From the NCBI RefSeq assembly GCF_009914755.1, contig NC_060932.1: a stretch of DNA of 64,000 bases, one strand, 5' to 3'. Positions 62,860 to 64,000 of the stretch are shown in pieces (position 1 is the first letter of the stretch; each line of letters opens with the position of its first letter). The notes beneath the pieces are model-generated. The model worked only from the letters and a program-made list of their open reading frames with translations, ran no database searches and was not told the origin of the DNA. Position numbers and translations under genes: made by a program. Origin of the DNA: the human T2T-CHM13v2.0 reference genome, Homo sapiens.

Positions 62860-63600
62860 TGTGAAAGAAAAATATCTCAGGCACCTTCAAGCTGGGAACT
62901 GCTTATTGCGAATCTGCCTCTTTTTCTATTCAAGTCATCTTTTTGCTCCCAGAGATACATGCGTATTTCGATTAACTTTTTTGGAAAGACTTATAATAAA
63001 TTCAAAAGAATGCAACCGGTCAGGGCGCAGTGGCTCACGTCTGTAATCCTAACACTCTGGGAGGCCGAGGCGGGCAGATCGCCTGAGGTTAGGAGTTCGA
63101 GACCAGCCTGGCCAACATGGTGAAGCCCCGTCCTTACTAAAAATACAAAAATTAGCTGGGTGTGGTGGCACACACCTGTAATCCCACCTACTCAAAAGGC
63201 GGAGGCCGGAGAATTGCTTGAAACCAGGACACATTGGTTGTAGTGAGCCGAGATCGCACCACTGCACTTCAACCTGGGTGACAAAACCGCACTCCGTCTC
63301 AAAAATACAATAAAAAGAATGCAACTGTCTGTCTCTCACATACCTGTGACCTGGAAGCCCCCAGTGGTGGGGGCCTTGCTTTGAGCTGTCTCTGCCTTTC
63401 TGGACAGAACTATTGTACTTCTTATACATTGATTGATGTCTCATGTCTCCCTAAAATGTATAAAAGCAAGCTGTGCCTTGACCACCTGGAGCACATGTTG
63501 TTAGGATTTCCTGAGGCTATGTCACAGGTACATCCTCAACCTTGGCAAAATAAACTTTTTAAATTAAATGAGACCTGTCTCAAATTTTGGGGGTTTACAA
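62860..63600 (+). mobile_element. MER4-family ERV1 solo LTR (Alu-interrupted), ~1.8 kb upstream of DEFB1
   Basis: TG...CA ends; homologous to 44650-45236 and, reversed, to 36490-36966; AATAAA near the 3' end. Confidence 0.8.
63018..63312 (+). mobile_element. AluS-like element inserted into a MER4 LTR
   Basis: TSD aaaagaatgcaac at 63004 and 63313. Confidence 0.92.
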
Positions 63601-63742
63601 GATAATAAAGTAAAAAATCTCAGAATGCTGCCGGGCACCATGTGAGGTCCGATGGTGTCTGTAGATCCTGGGAGTGAAAGGAATCTAAACCCTGGAATCC
63701 TGATTTTCAGGACTGATGTTTTCTGCTCTGAACCTGGAAAAC

Positions 63743-64000
63743 TTTTTTTCTAAATTTCATTTTTATTTTTTATTTTATTTATTTTTTTATTATACTTGAA
63801 GTTCTAGGGTACATGTGCACAACGTACAGTTTTGTTACATATTTATACATGTGCTGTGTTGGTTTGCTGCACCCATTAGCTCATCATTTACATTAGGTAT
63901 TTCTCCTAATGCTATCTGTCTCCCCTCCCCCTACCCCACAACAGGCCCCGGTGTGTGATGTTACCCACCCTATGTCCATGTGTTCTCATTGTTCAATTCA
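63743..64000 (-). mobile_element. 3' end of a second primate L1PA (continues beyond the window)
   Basis: T-rich tail followed by tatacttgaagttctagggtacatgtgcac..., homologous to 28330-28530. Confidence 0.92.

Overview
Human-type (hominid) genomic DNA matching the 8p23.1 XKR5-DEFB1 interval; it is not microbial, and I see no CRISPR array, operon, rRNA or tRNA. Two protein-coding genes lie on the minus strand. XKR5 exons 1-5 (18727 down to 5106) splice in frame to give 269 codons; the remaining exons lie left of the window, and exon 5 ends in a GC donor. DEFB1 (beta-defensin 1) is complete: 2 exons, 68 aa, TATA box and AATAAA. The rest is mostly interspersed repeats (about 22 Alus, many solo ERV/MaLR LTRs, old L1 fragments, MER DNA elements) and tandem repeats. 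The strongest observations are: (1) a TSD-flanked L1PA whose first ~96 nt join directly into ORF1 at the L1 splice sites, i.e. a retrotransposed spliced L1 mRNA (SpIRE 97/976 type); (2) two ~94%-identical non-Alu inverted repeats on either side of DEFB1 exon 1; (3) a 7x21-bp expansion inside a MER4 LTR; (4) substituted XK-family charged residues in XKR5. Most long ORFs in the track are artefacts of repeats. Repeat family names and variant names are from memory and need database confirmation. I found no convincing wholly new biological system.
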